Source: an uncultured Actinomycetes bacterium (GTDB taxonomy: Bacteria > Actinomycetota > Acidimicrobiia > IMCC26256 > JACDBD01). From it: a DNA stretch of 64,000 bases. Positions 46,381-56,279 of this stretch are shown piece by piece; position 1 is the first letter of the stretch; each line of letters opens with the position of its first letter. The notes beneath the pieces were generated by a model, which saw only the letters and a program-made list of their open reading frames with translations, made no database searches and was not told the DNA's origin. A program made the translations under genes and the position numbers. The stretch lies in assembly GCA_963737605.1 (NCBI GenBank), contig CAVTTE010000001.1, positions 2,631 to 66,630 on the forward strand. The letters run 5' to 3'.

Positions 46381-47969
46381 CCGACAACCTCGCCGATGCG
46401 GTCGACTACCTGCACCGCGGGTGGGCCGTTCTCCCGCTGCACGGGATCCGATCCGGGCGCTGCACCTGCGGCCGCCGCGACTGCCCGGCGCCGGGAAAGC
46501 ACCCGAGGATCCGGTGGGAGACCTACCAGTGGCGCGCGCCGCGGGAGGCCGACCTCGAGGCATGGTTCCACCGGTGGCCCGACAGCAACCTCGGCGTCGT
46601 CACCGGGACCATCTCCGGCTTGGTCGTGCTCGACATCGATCCCCGCAACGGCGGTGACGACGAGATGAGCAAACTCGAGCACCTCCACGGCGCCCTCCCC
46701 CCGACGCCGGAAGTCCGCACGGGCGGCGGCGGTGTCCATCTCTACTTCGAGTCCCCGGAGCATCCGATCGCGACGACGATCCTCGGCCCCGGGGTCGACC
46801 TGAAGGCCGACGGCGGCCTCGTCGTGGTTCCACCCAGCGTGCACGCCTCGGGTCACCGCTACGAGTGGGAGCCCGGCGCCGACCCCGACGCGCTGCCGCT
46901 CGCCGACCTGCCCGCCTGGTTGCACCCGCCGGGGTCCGAGGGCGGGCGGGGCGGCGCGGGCGCGCCGGCTCCGCCGCGGTCGACCGCCGACCGCGTCGAG
47001 TTCGCCGATCTCTGGCGCGCGCTCGGCATCGACGTCGTCCCCGGCGACCGCTACTACCGGTGCCCGTTCCACGACGACCATCATCCGTCGCTCCACGTCG
47101 ACGCCGAGGGATGCCGGTGGTACTGCTTCGGATGCCGCCGCGGCGGAGGCCCGGGGCGGCTGCGCCGCCTGGTCGCCCAGAAGGTCGGCGTGTCCGCACG
47201 TCGGCCGGCCGTGTCCCCGCCGCCTGACGACGCGGCGCCGGCGACGACCTGGCTCCAGTGGCCGACGATCCAGCCCGGCGGCACGCAGGAAGTCGTCGGC
47301 GAAGCTGCGCACGTCGATGCGCTCGAGGCCGTCGCCGGCGGCCGGACCTGGGCCGGGCCACGCCACCGTCTCGTCTCTGCCGCGCTCGAGTCGGAGCCGG
47401 CCAACCCGCACGACCCCGACGCGGTACGTGTCCGCGTGGGCGGCGAGACCGTGGGCTATCTACCTCGTGACGACGCGCCGCGGTTCCGCACGCTGGTGAC
47501 CGAGCTTGCGGCGAGACACCGTGCCGCGATCGCGAGAGCCCGCCTCACCGGCGGCTGGGATCGAGGACCGCGCGGTCGCGGCGCGCTCGGGATCGAGCTG
47601 GACGTCGACCCCGACCTCGTTCCGCTCCGGCCCGGTACGCCCTTCCTGCCCGACGAGATCGCGGTCGACGTCGTCGGCGAGGACGGGCATCAGGGACCGC
47701 TCGAGCTCCTCGTGGAACACGCCCCGGGGCGAATCCACGTCGCGACGCTGACGGAGGCGATCGCAGGCCAGGGCCCGCGCATCTCGGTCGAGATCGACGG
47801 TGTGGTGGTCGGGGTGCTCGGCCGCACGGCGACCGAGCGCTATCTGCCGGTGGTTCGAGCCGTCACCGCCGGCGGCTTCCCGACCACGTGTGAGGCGATC
47901 GTGGCCCGCGGCGCGAGGAAGTACGAGTGCCGGATCCTCCTCCCCCGCGTCAGTGGGCTCATGGCGTAG
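46377..47969 (+). CDS. Bifunctional primase-polymerase (PrimPol) domain, CHC2 zinc finger and two HIRAN-like modules
   Basis: GTG 46377 overlaps the WS/DGAT stop (GTGA). PrimPol motifs: GWAVLPL, CPAPGKHPRI, SGLVVLDIDPRNGG (DxD), TGGGGVHLYF, VVVPPSVHASGHRYEW. The zinc finger is YRCPFHDDHHPSLHVDAEGCRWYCFGC. The HIRAN-like modules are EVVGEAAHVDALE...SEPANPHDPDAVRVRVGGETVGYLPRDDA and VVGEDGHQGPLE...ISVEIDGVVVGVLGR. 530 aa, no frame problem seen. Confidence 0.75.
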   Translation: MTDNLADAVDYLHRGWAVLPLHGIRSGRCTCGRRDCPAPGKHPRIRWETYQWRAPREADLEAWFHRWPDSNLGVVTGTISGLVVLDIDPRNGGDDEMSKLEHLHGALPPTPEVRTGGGGVHLYFESPEHPIATTILGPGVDLKADGGLVVVPPSVHASGHRYEWEPGADPDALPLADLPAWLHPPGSEGGRGGAGAPAPPRSTADRVEFADLWRALGIDVVPGDRYYRCPFHDDHHPSLHVDAEGCRWYCFGCRRGGGPGRLRRLVAQKVGVSARRPAVSPPPDDAAPATTWLQWPTIQPGGTQEVVGEAAHVDALEAVAGGRTWAGPRHRLVSAALESEPANPHDPDAVRVRVGGETVGYLPRDDAPRFRTLVTELAARHRAAIARARLTGGWDRGPRGRGALGIELDVDPDLVPLRPGTPFLPDEIAVDVVGEDGHQGPLELLVEHAPGRIHVATLTEAIAGQGPRISVEIDGVVVGVLGRTATERYLPVVRAVTAGGFPTTCEAIVARGARKYECRILLPRVSGLMA

Positions 47970-47976
47970 CGGTCAG

Positions 47977-48876
47977 TCAGCCCGCGTGCTGCTCCGTACC
48001 CCGGTCTCCCGCGGGACCGGGCCCGGACGGCAACCGGCGACGTCGGCGGCTTCCGTCGAGCACACGGACGACGTTGGTCATGACCTCGCTGAAGGAATCG
48101 GGCTCGTCGATCAGCCACCCGTGGCCCCCGCTCAGCGTCGTGGGCCGCACGTCTAATGCCTCACAGAGCGCGTCGGTGGACGCTTCCGGAATCACGCGGT
48201 CGCGTGTGCCCCACAGCACGACGACGGGCAGACCACGACCACGGAGCTCCTCGAGCTCCTCGGTCAGGTCGGCGGTGCGGGCGATTCGCGCGGCTCGCCA
48301 GAAGGCTCGCGGCGCCCGGACCAGGCTTGGAACGGCTTCTGAGACGATGACGGGAAGGACCCGCGTGAGCTGGCGTATCGGGAGAAGGTCGCGGGACAGG
48401 TGCAGTCCCCAGTCCCACAGCGGCCGTTCGGCCATCGATCGCAGCGTCGATCCCTTCTTCCACGCTGACCCGCCGACCGAGTTGACGAGCACGAGCCCGC
48501 GCACATGGGACGGCCGCTCGTAGGAGAACACGATCGCGACGCCACCGCCGAACGAGTGACCGATGAGCACCGCCGGCTCGTCGACCCCGACCGCGTCCAG
48601 GAACGCGGCGAGCCACTCGGCGTACCCCGCGAACGACCGGCGAACACGGGGCAAAGGCGGCGTGCCGCCGAAACCGGGAAGGGCGGGCGCGACCACGCGC
48701 ACGCCTTCCCTCGCCAAGAGGCGGAGCGCCGGCTCGTACGCCCGGTCGTCGATCCCCCATCCGTGCAAGAAGACGACCGGCAACCCGGTCCCGGCGGTGC
48801 CGTACCGCGCCTCCCGGCCCTCGACCACCGTCGAGCGGCGGGACCATAACGATGCCTCCGGCGCTCCATCATCCAC
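47977..48876 (-). CDS. Alpha/beta hydrolase
   Basis: ORF 47977..48876 (-), 299 aa, intact. Motifs: LPVVFLHGWG, VLIGHSFGGGVA (nucleophile elbow), VVVLWGTRDRVIP, GGHGWL. Confidence 0.7.
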   Translation of the reverse strand: MDDGAPEASLWSRRSTVVEGREARYGTAGTGLPVVFLHGWGIDDRAYEPALRLLAREGVRVVAPALPGFGGTPPLPRVRRSFAGYAEWLAAFLDAVGVDEPAVLIGHSFGGGVAIVFSYERPSHVRGLVLVNSVGGSAWKKGSTLRSMAERPLWDWGLHLSRDLLPIRQLTRVLPVIVSEAVPSLVRAPRAFWRAARIARTADLTEELEELRGRGLPVVVLWGTRDRVIPEASTDALCEALDVRPTTLSGGHGWLIDEPDSFSEVMTNVVRVLDGSRRRRRLPSGPGPAGDRGTEQHAG

Positions 48877-48934
48877 AGATCACAGCCTGCCGACCGTGTC
48901 GGCGACGGCACAGGGGCGATGGCCCACGGCGACC

Positions 48935-48948
48935 GGGCCATTCGACCC
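48935..48948. promoter_or_regulatory. Candidate operator, GGGCC ATTC GACCC
   Basis: It lies ~60 nt upstream of the minus-strand alpha/beta hydrolase gene (start 48876). Confidence 0.25.
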
Positions 48949-48986
48949 TGGGCGATCCTCTAGCCCCGCTGCGGTCCGCGGGCGCT

Positions 48987-49227
48987 CTACTCGAACTCCT
49001 CGACCAGTCGCCCCGGGCGACAGGCAAACCCCTGGTCCTCGAGTCGCCACGACGAGTCGCAGCAGCCACAGCGTGCCCACGCGTTCTCCCCGGCGTCTCG
49101 AGGCGGGCCGGAGTGGTTCCTCGGGGCACACCGGGCAGTAGCCGGCGGCGATGCTGACGACCACTCCGGTCCCCTCGGCGTCGCGCGGCGGTCGATGGTC
49201 CCTCGAGCACCCGAAGTAGAGCCGCAC
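48987..49227 (-). CDS. Possible small Cys-rich protein (~80 aa) needing one frame change; very uncertain
   Basis: GTG 49227 lies 8 nt after AGGAGG. The N part is VRLYFGCSRDHRPP...GYCPVCPEE (ORF 48880..49275 frame). An alternative frame gives ARCGCCDSSWRLEDQGFACRPGRLVEEFE-stop (TAG 48987..48989). 241 nt is not a multiple of 3. I recognise no family. Confidence 0.2.
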
Positions 49228-49310
49228 GTCCGTCACCTCCTGCAACGAGCATTGCCCCCATCGTCGTCTGAACACGAAGGAAACACGACGGGCGGAGGAC
49301 CTGCCGCCCG

Positions 49311-49324
49311 GGGTCCTCCGTCCC
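49311..49324. promoter_or_regulatory. Candidate operator, GGGTC CTCC GTCCC, embedded in a 9-bp inverted repeat CGGAGGACC(N10)GGTCCTCCG (49293..49320)
   Basis: It lies 37-50 nt upstream of the P-type ATPase start at 49361. Confidence 0.3.
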
Positions 49325-49360
49325 TATTGACCCGGGGGGCGCTGCTGCGATGCTTGTCCG

Positions 49361-52300
49361 ATGGGCGCGCTCGACTGGTTCCCCCCGCTTCGTCTGCTTC
49401 CGCTGCGGCGCACCCGCCGGAGGTGGTGCACGGCCGGTCGCGTCCACTTCGAGCTGCGCCAGGTCCCGGCGGCGGATGCGCCCGGCTACGGAGCGCAGGT
49501 GGAAGCGACGCTGGCCGACATCGACGCCGTCGACTGGGCGGAGGTCAATCCGCATCTCCTGCGGGTCGTGGTGGCGCACGACCCCCGCGTCGTCACGACC
49601 GACGAGCTGGAAGCGCGCGCTCGAACAGGCCGAGGCCGAGTGCGGCGCCGACCGCTACGGGTTCCGCACCGAAGGTCCCGAGCACCCGGGTGACTACGAA
49701 CCGATCGTGCGCGACTTCCTTTCGCTGGGTGCCGACGTCGTCGGCCTCGGCCTCGCGCTCGTCGGGCGGGCGCGCCGGTTCCGCCCCCTGCCCATCGAGA
49801 TCGACGTCGCCGCGCTGGTGTCGGTCGTCGAGGGAGCCCCTCGGGTACGTCGCCTCGTCGAGCGCCGGGTCGGCTCTCCGCTCGCCGACCTGGGCCTGAG
49901 TGTCGCGAACGCGGTCGGACAGGGACTGGCGCAGGGCCCGCTCGGGCCCGTCGTCGACATCGCCCACCGCGTGTCGCTCTACGGCGAGCTCGTCGCCCGC
50001 CGGCCGCGCCTGGGAGCGGCGCGAGCCCGAGTTGTGCGAGAAGCCGACCGCCGGGGGCATCACGCCGCCCCCGTCCGACCCACGACCCTGCCCCGTGCCG
50101 CGCGGCCCGGTCGAGACGTACGCCGATCGCGCGTGGTTCGGGTCCCTCGCCGGGTTCGGACTCGCGTTCGCCATCACCAGGCGCATGGATCGCGCCGTCG
50201 CCGCGCTCTACGCCGGGCTCCCCAAGGCGGGCCGATTGGGACGCGAGGCGTTCGCGGCCCAGCTCGGGCGATCGCTCGCCGACCGCGGCGTGATCCCGCT
50301 CGATCCCTCGGCACTGCGGATGCTGGACCGCGTCGACTGTCTCCTCGTCCAGGCGGACAGCGTGCTCGAAGACGACGATGACGGTACGTTGCGTCCCGGC
50401 GCCGACGAGGTGCTGGCGGCCGCGCAGCGGGCCGGACTGCGCACCCTCGTCGCCGGCGGTGATGCCGACCACGCGGCGCGTCTGCCGGTCGACGGCACGC
50501 TTCCCGGCGGCGACGCCGAACTGGCGCGGGCGATACGGGCCGAACAGGCCGACGGGCGCGTCGGTCTGCCTGATCGCGTCGAGAGCGTCGACGGCGTTGG
50601 CGGCCGCCGACTGTGCCATCGGCTTGTGTCGTCCCGGCGCCGAGCCGGCCTGGGGCGCGGACTTGCTCTGCGCCGACGACCTCGCTCCAGCCTTCCTCGT
50701 CGTCTCGGCCGTGCCGGAGGCCCGGGCGGTGAGCCGGGAGAGCGTCGTGCTCGCCGGAGCGGGCGCGGCGGGCGGCCTGCTCCTCGCCTTCGGAGGGCTC
50801 CTGCCCGGCACGACGCAGCGCGCGACCACGGCTGTGAACGCGGCGACGGCGATGGCCATCGTGAACGGCGCGCGTCGCGGAATCGGCGTCACCCGCCGAG
50901 CGGTGCCCGTGCGTGTCGATCGCACGCCCTGGCACGCGCTCGAGGTCGAAGATGTCCTCCACTTCGTCGGTTCCTCTCTCGATGGTCTTCCCGAAGACGA
51001 GGCTCGGCAGCGGGCGACACCACACACCTCCGAGTCGCCGCCCGCAGCGCAGTTCACGCGGGCCGTCGTCGAGGAGCTCGCGAATCCGCTGACGCCGGTC
51101 CTCGGTGCCGGCGCCGCGCTGTCGGCGGCGGTCGGATCATTTGGCGACGCGGCCATGGTCGGCGGCGTGATGGTGTTGAACTCGATCGTCGGCGGCGCGC
51201 AACGTCTGCGGGCCGATCGCGCGATCGCCGCCCTCGTCCGGCGGAGACAGCGCTCCGTGAGCGTCGCTCGCGGCGGCCGAGACCGGAACGTGAGCTCCGA
51301 CGATCTCGTCGTGGGAGACGTGATCCGCCTGCAGTCGGGCGAGTCCGTACCGGCCGACTGCCGGATCATCGGCGGCGGCCCGCTCGAGGTGGACGAGTCG
51401 AGCCTCACCGGCGAGTCCGTTCCCGTGGCGAAGAACGCCTCACCGACCGACGCGGCCCTCGTCGCGGAGAGGACGTCCATGGTCTACGAGGGCACGTCGA
51501 TCGCCGCCGGCGAGGCCGCAGGCGTGGTCGTCGCGGTCGGCGACGCGACCGAGGCCCGCCGCAGCGTGCTGCTCGGTGGGCCTCCGCCCTCCAGCGGCGT
51601 CGAAGCCCGTCTGCGTTCGCTCACCGCGCTCACCATTCCGGTGTCGCTGGGGGCCGGCGCCGCCGTCGTCGCGATCGGCATGTTGCGGGGACGCTCGATG
51701 CGGCAGACGATCGGCGCGGGCGTGAGCCTCGCGGTCGCCGCCGTGCCCGAAGGGCTGCCGCTGCTGGCGACCGTCGCGCAACTCGGCGCCGCCCGCCGCC
51801 TTTCGAGCCGCGGTGCGCTGGTGCGGAACCCGCGCGCGATCGAGGCCCTCGGCCGGGTGGACGTCGTCTGCGCCGACAAGACCGGGACGCTGACCGTCGG
51901 TCATATCGAGACCCAGGTCGTCTCCGACGGTGAGACCGAAGCGCCAATCGGCGCCGTCCCGCCGGGATTGCGGCGGGTTCTCGCGGTCGCGCTGCGGGCG
52001 ACACCCGATGCGGGCCACGGACGGCTCCCGCACCCCACCGACCGCGCGATCCTGCGCGGCGCAGAGGTGGCGGCGGTCACCGTGCGAGACGGTGGGGAGG
52101 ACTGGGGGCGCCTCTCGGAGATGCCTTTCGAGCCGGCGCGTGGTTTCCACGCCGTCCTCGGCGACGACGGCAACGGGCTCGGCGTCAGCGTGAAGGGCGC
52201 ACCCGAGGTGCTGCTGCCACGCTGCAACCGTTGGTCGCGTCCCGCCGGCGACGTGCCGCTCACCGAAGATGACCGGGCCCGCTTTGCCCGCGTGGCCGGC

Positions 52301-53516
52301 GATCTGGCGCGGCGAGGCTTGCGCGTGCTGGCGCTGGCAGAACGCAAAGCAGAGCACCATGACGATCTCGCCGACCACCGCGTCCGCGGGCTGGCCTTCT
52401 CCGGCTTCGTCGGCCTCAGTGATCCCGCCCGCGACACCGCAGCCGAAGCGATCCGCAACCTCCGTGACGCCGGGGTCGACGTCGTGATGATCACCGGCGA
52501 TCACCCGAGCACCGCCGAGGGCATCGCCGCCGAGCTCGACCTGCTCGACGGCGGAGCGATCACGACCGGTGCGGAGATCGACACTTTGTCCGACGACGAG
52601 CTGACAGAAGCGGTCGCCGCGACGCACGTCTTCGCGCGTGTCACCCCGGCCCACAAGGTGCGAATCGTCGCCGCGTTCCAGCGTTCCGGGAGGGCGGTCG
52701 CGATGACCGGTGACGGCGCCAACGACGCGCCCGCCATCCGGCTCGCTGACGTCGGCATCGCGCTCGGCAAGCGGAGCACCGCCGCCGCCCAGGATGCGGC
52801 CGACCTCGTCGTGGTCGACGAGCGCATCGAGACCATCGTCGACGCCGTGCTCGAGGGACGCGGCCTCTGGGCCTCCGTACGGGACGCGGTCGCGGTGCTC
52901 GTCGGAGGCAACCTCGGCGAGATCGCGTTCACGTTGCTCGGCACGATGGTCGACGGGACGTCGCCGCTGAACGCCCGCCAGCTGTTGCTCGTGAACCTGC
53001 TCACCGACGCCGCGCCGGCGCTCGCGCTCGCGCTGCGCGCACCGCGGCGAGCTTGCACCGGAGGCGCTCTTGCGGGAAGGCCCCGAGGCATCCCTCGGCC
53101 GCAGCCTCGACCGGGCGATCGTGTGGCGTGGGGTGGCGACCGCCGGCGGGGCGACGGGCGCCTACATCGCGGCGCGTCTCACCGGGACGCCGGGGAGAGC
53201 GCGCACCGTCGCGCTGGTCGCGCTGGTCGGAGCACAGCTGGGTCAGACGCTCGTCGCCGGCGGCCGGAGCCCGACGGTGATCGCGGCCGGGCTCGGATCG
53301 ACCGCAGTCCTCGCCGGCATCGTGCAGACGCCGGGCATCAGTCAGTTCTTCGGGTGCCGACCCCTCGGACCGGTGGCATGGGCCACCGGGCTCTCGGCCG
53401 CCGCCGGCGCGACCGCGGGCGCGGTCGTGGCGCCCCGACTCGTCGAATCGCTCGCCGAAGTGCTGCGCGACCGGGCGGGTGTGCGCGTGCCCGAAGCGCT
53501 GCTCCCGGCGCGTTGA
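49361..53516 (+). CDS. Very long cation-translocating P-type ATPase (CtpI-like N-terminal extension); four +1 frame changes (~49612, ~50000, ~50565, ~53050)
   Basis: Motifs: RVHFELRQV...DAVDWAEVNPHLLRVVV (N-terminal module), LTGESVPV, VVCADKTGTLT (phospho-Asp), MITGDHPSTA, MTGDGANDAPAI. The C-terminal TM region lies in ORF 53070..53516. Pieces lie in ORFs 49361..49693, 49350..50381, 49900..51933, 50378..54139 and 53070..53516. 4156 nt = 1384 codons + 4 extra bases. Confidence 0.8.
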
Positions 53517-53519
53517 GTC

Positions 53520-54467
53520 ATGGGCACTGCCGTCCCGACCTGGACATGGGTGGCCTTCGCCGCCGGGATCACGGTTCTGCTCGTCCTCGATCTGCGCGTG
53601 CTCCACCGCCATCCTCACGCACTCGGTGTCCGCGAGGCAGCAATCCAGAGCGCGGGTTGGATCACACTCGGCCTCGCGTTCGGCGTCGTCGTCCTCGCCT
53701 GGCGCGGCAGCACTCTCGGCGGCGAATACTTCTCGGCCTACCTGCTCGAGGAGAGCCTCTCGATCGACAACGTCTTCGCGTGGGCTCTGATCCTCGCCCA
53801 CTTCGCCGTCCCCCCTGCGTTCCAGCACCGGGTGCTGTTCTGGGGAATCCTCGGCGCGATCGTCCTGCGCGTCGTGTTCATCCTCGGCGGCGTCTCGCTC
53901 CTCGAGCGCTTCGACTGGATCGTCTACGTGTTCGGCGCGTTCCTGCTCGTCACGGCGGCGCGCCTCGTGTTCCGCGACGACTCGAAGCTCGACCCGAACC
54001 GCCATCCAATCGGGCGCCTCGTCCACGCGTGGAAGCCACCCATCTCCGAGCTGTCGGAGCCGTTGTTCGTCGTCCGTCGGGGCGGCAGAGCCGTCCTGAC
54101 GCCGTTGTTCGCGGTCCTTCTGCTCGTCGCGACAACTGACGTCATCTTCGCCGTCGACTCCATACCCGCGGTCCTCGGCGTGACGCAGGACCGCTTCGTC
54201 GCGGTCACATCGAACGTCTTCGCCGTCCTCGGCCTGCGGGCGCTCTTCTTCTTGCTCGCCGCGTTGCAGGCTCGCTTCTCGTACCTCCAGCAGGGCATGG
54301 CGGTCATACTCGGCCTCGTCGGCACCAAGATGGTGCTGTCGGGCGTGGTCGAGATCCCGGTCGGACTGTCGATCGCCGCCATCCTGATCGTGCTGGCCGT
54401 GTCGGTCCTCTCCTCCCTGCGAGTGCACCCGGGCGAGGAGGTCTGGCCCGACGGGCGCGTCCCCTGA
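53520..54467 (+). CDS. TerC-family integral membrane protein
   Basis: ORF 53520..54467, 315 aa, intact. Motifs: YLLEESLSIDNVFAW, ATTDVIFAVDSIPAVLGVT. It starts 4 nt after the ATPase stop. Confidence 0.85.
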   Translation: MGTAVPTWTWVAFAAGITVLLVLDLRVLHRHPHALGVREAAIQSAGWITLGLAFGVVVLAWRGSTLGGEYFSAYLLEESLSIDNVFAWALILAHFAVPPAFQHRVLFWGILGAIVLRVVFILGGVSLLERFDWIVYVFGAFLLVTAARLVFRDDSKLDPNRHPIGRLVHAWKPPISELSEPLFVVRRGGRAVLTPLFAVLLLVATTDVIFAVDSIPAVLGVTQDRFVAVTSNVFAVLGLRALFFLLAALQARFSYLQQGMAVILGLVGTKMVLSGVVEIPVGLSIAAILIVLAVSVLSSLRVHPGEEVWPDGRVP

Positions 54468-54473
54468 GGGCTC

Positions 54474-54487
54474 GGGACCTCCGGCCC
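54474..54487. promoter_or_regulatory. Candidate operator, GGGAC CTCC GGCCC
   Basis: It lies in the 129-nt gap between TerC and the ACAD/PfaA-like genes. It matches the 39686 site in 13 of 14 positions. Confidence 0.35.
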
Positions 54488-54513
54488 GCGCCGCGCGTCG
54501 TACGGATCAATTC

Positions 54514-54527
54514 GGGTCGTTCGGCCC
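54514..54527. promoter_or_regulatory. Candidate operator, GGGTC GTTC GGCCC
   Basis: It lies in the same gap. Its centre is 40 bp from the 54474 site and 70-83 nt upstream of ACAD ATG 54597. Confidence 0.3.
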
Positions 54528-54596
54528 CTCAGGACCGACGTTGGCCCCTATCAGGGCATACGGAGGGGGCGCAGCCTCGTGTCAGGGGAATAGAAC

Positions 54597-56251
54597 ATGA
54601 CGGGTCTCGAGCCTGAAGCTCTCGACATGGCCCTGGAGGCGATCGGCGACTTCGCGCACGCCGAATTGCCGCCGCACAAACTGCTCGAATACGACGCCAA
54701 CGACGAAGTCCCTCTCGACGTCGTGCGGGCGATGTGCAGCGACAAGCTGGGCATCCAGCTGCTCTTCATCCCGACGGAATACGAGGGGATGGGCGGCGGG
54801 ACGTTCGACGTGTACCGGGTCTGCGAGGCCATGGCCCATATCGACCTGGGCGTGGCGACCGGCGTGCTGGCGACGTTCCTCGGGAGCGACCCGATCGTGG
54901 TCGGCGGCACCACTGAGCAGAAGAAGCAATGGCTCACACGCATCGCCGACGAGGGGCTGCTGTTCGCCTACGGAGCCACCGAGCCGGAGGCGGGCAGCGA
55001 CCTCGCGGCCTTGAAGACGACGGCTCGTCGAGTCGAGGAGGACGGGCGAGTCGGGTACGTCATCAACGGCAAGAAGCAGTGGATCAGCAACGGCGGCGTC
55101 GCCGATGTCTACAGCATTCTCGCCAATGCCCCGGGCGGGCCGAGCTGGTTCGTCGTCGACGGAGGCGTGCCGGGCTTCGACCACGGCAAGCCGGAGGACA
55201 AGCACGGCATTCGTTCGAGCAACACCGCCGCGCTCATGCTCGACGACGTTCGCGTCGATGCCGATCGTCTCGTCGGAGGCGAAGAAGGCCTGGGTCTGCT
55301 CCAAGCGCAGAAGATCTTCGGCTACACCCGCCTCATGGTGGCCGCGTTCGGACTGGGGGCCGGATGGGCTGCGCTCGACATCGCCATCCCGTACTCCACC
55401 GAGCGCATCCAGGCCGGGACGCCGTTGTCGGAGAAGCAGGGCTACACGCACAAGCTGATCGTCCCGCACGCAGTCGCCCTGGAGGCAGCCCGCGCGTACG
55501 TCGAGGAGACGGCCGAGCGCATCGACGCCGACGAGGGCGACCTCATCACCGAGGGCGCGATCGCCAAGTACCTGGCCACCGAAGCGGGCAACGCGGCTGC
55601 CGATGCGGGCATCCAGGCGCTCGGTGGCTACGGCTATGTGCGCGAGTTCCTGGTCGAGAAGATTCGCCGCGACGTCCGCATCACCACCATCTACGAGGGC
55701 ACCTCCGAGATCATGGAGATGACGATCGCCCGCGATCGCTGGCAGGACCACATCAAGACCCGCGGTCAGCACTACCACGACCGGGCGAAGGAGCTGGAGG
55801 CGCTCCACGACGAGCACCCGGCCGTCGGGGCCGACGTCGCCGCTCTCGCTTTCCACGCCCTCGCCGACGTCCTCGAGCGCGCGCGCGTCGATCGCCTTAC
55901 CCGCAACCAGCACGTGCTGCTGCGATTGGGCGAGCTCATCGCCAAGGCCGAGGGCGCCGCCGCGCTGGCCCGCCGGGCGGCCCGAGCCGAGGCCGGAGCC
56001 CTGAGCCCGAAGGCCGACAAACGATTCGACGCCGACGCCTTGGGCGCGGTGAGCCGGGTGTGGGCTCGCACCGCGGCGCTGACCGTGGCCCAGGGCGGCG
56101 CGCGCTGGGTGCTCGGCGCGGGTGACGAGGCGTTGGGGTCGGCCGACGTCGAGTCGGTCGCTCGGGCTCGGACGCATCCACGCTGCGCAGGCTGGGCTGC
56201 TCGAGCGACATGGACCGCGTTGCCGACGCGCTCTACGGGCGTCGGCCGTGA
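54597..56251 (+). CDS. Acyl-CoA dehydrogenase with a ~170-aa C-terminal extension; two +1 frame changes (~56160, ~56205)
   Basis: This is the first part of ORF 54597..57518. Motifs: [50 protein letters not shown]. The true end [13 protein letters not shown]-stop (TGA 56249..56251) lies two frames on. 1655 nt = 551 codons + 2. Confidence 0.85.
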
Positions 56252-56279
56252 GCCCGGGCGGACGTCCGATGGGAGAGAG

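Noticed and set aside
44970-47969. 999-aa ORF suggesting a WS/DGAT-PrimPol fusion protein.
   Set aside because: The WS/DGAT C-terminal half (NVPGPQFPLY... to the stop at 46380) lies in ORF 45769..46380. Codons ~280-470 of the long ORF are out-of-frame Arg/Pro-rich filler. The PrimPol gene has its own GTG at 46377, overlapping that stop.
46377-48876. PrimPol gene as the marker of an integrated plasmid, prophage or ICE.
   Set aside because: Within several kb on either side I see no integrase, recombinase, relaxase, helicase or capsid genes, no flanking direct repeats and no tRNA. The gene is start/stop-coupled to a housekeeping-type operon. This remains unproven rather than excluded.
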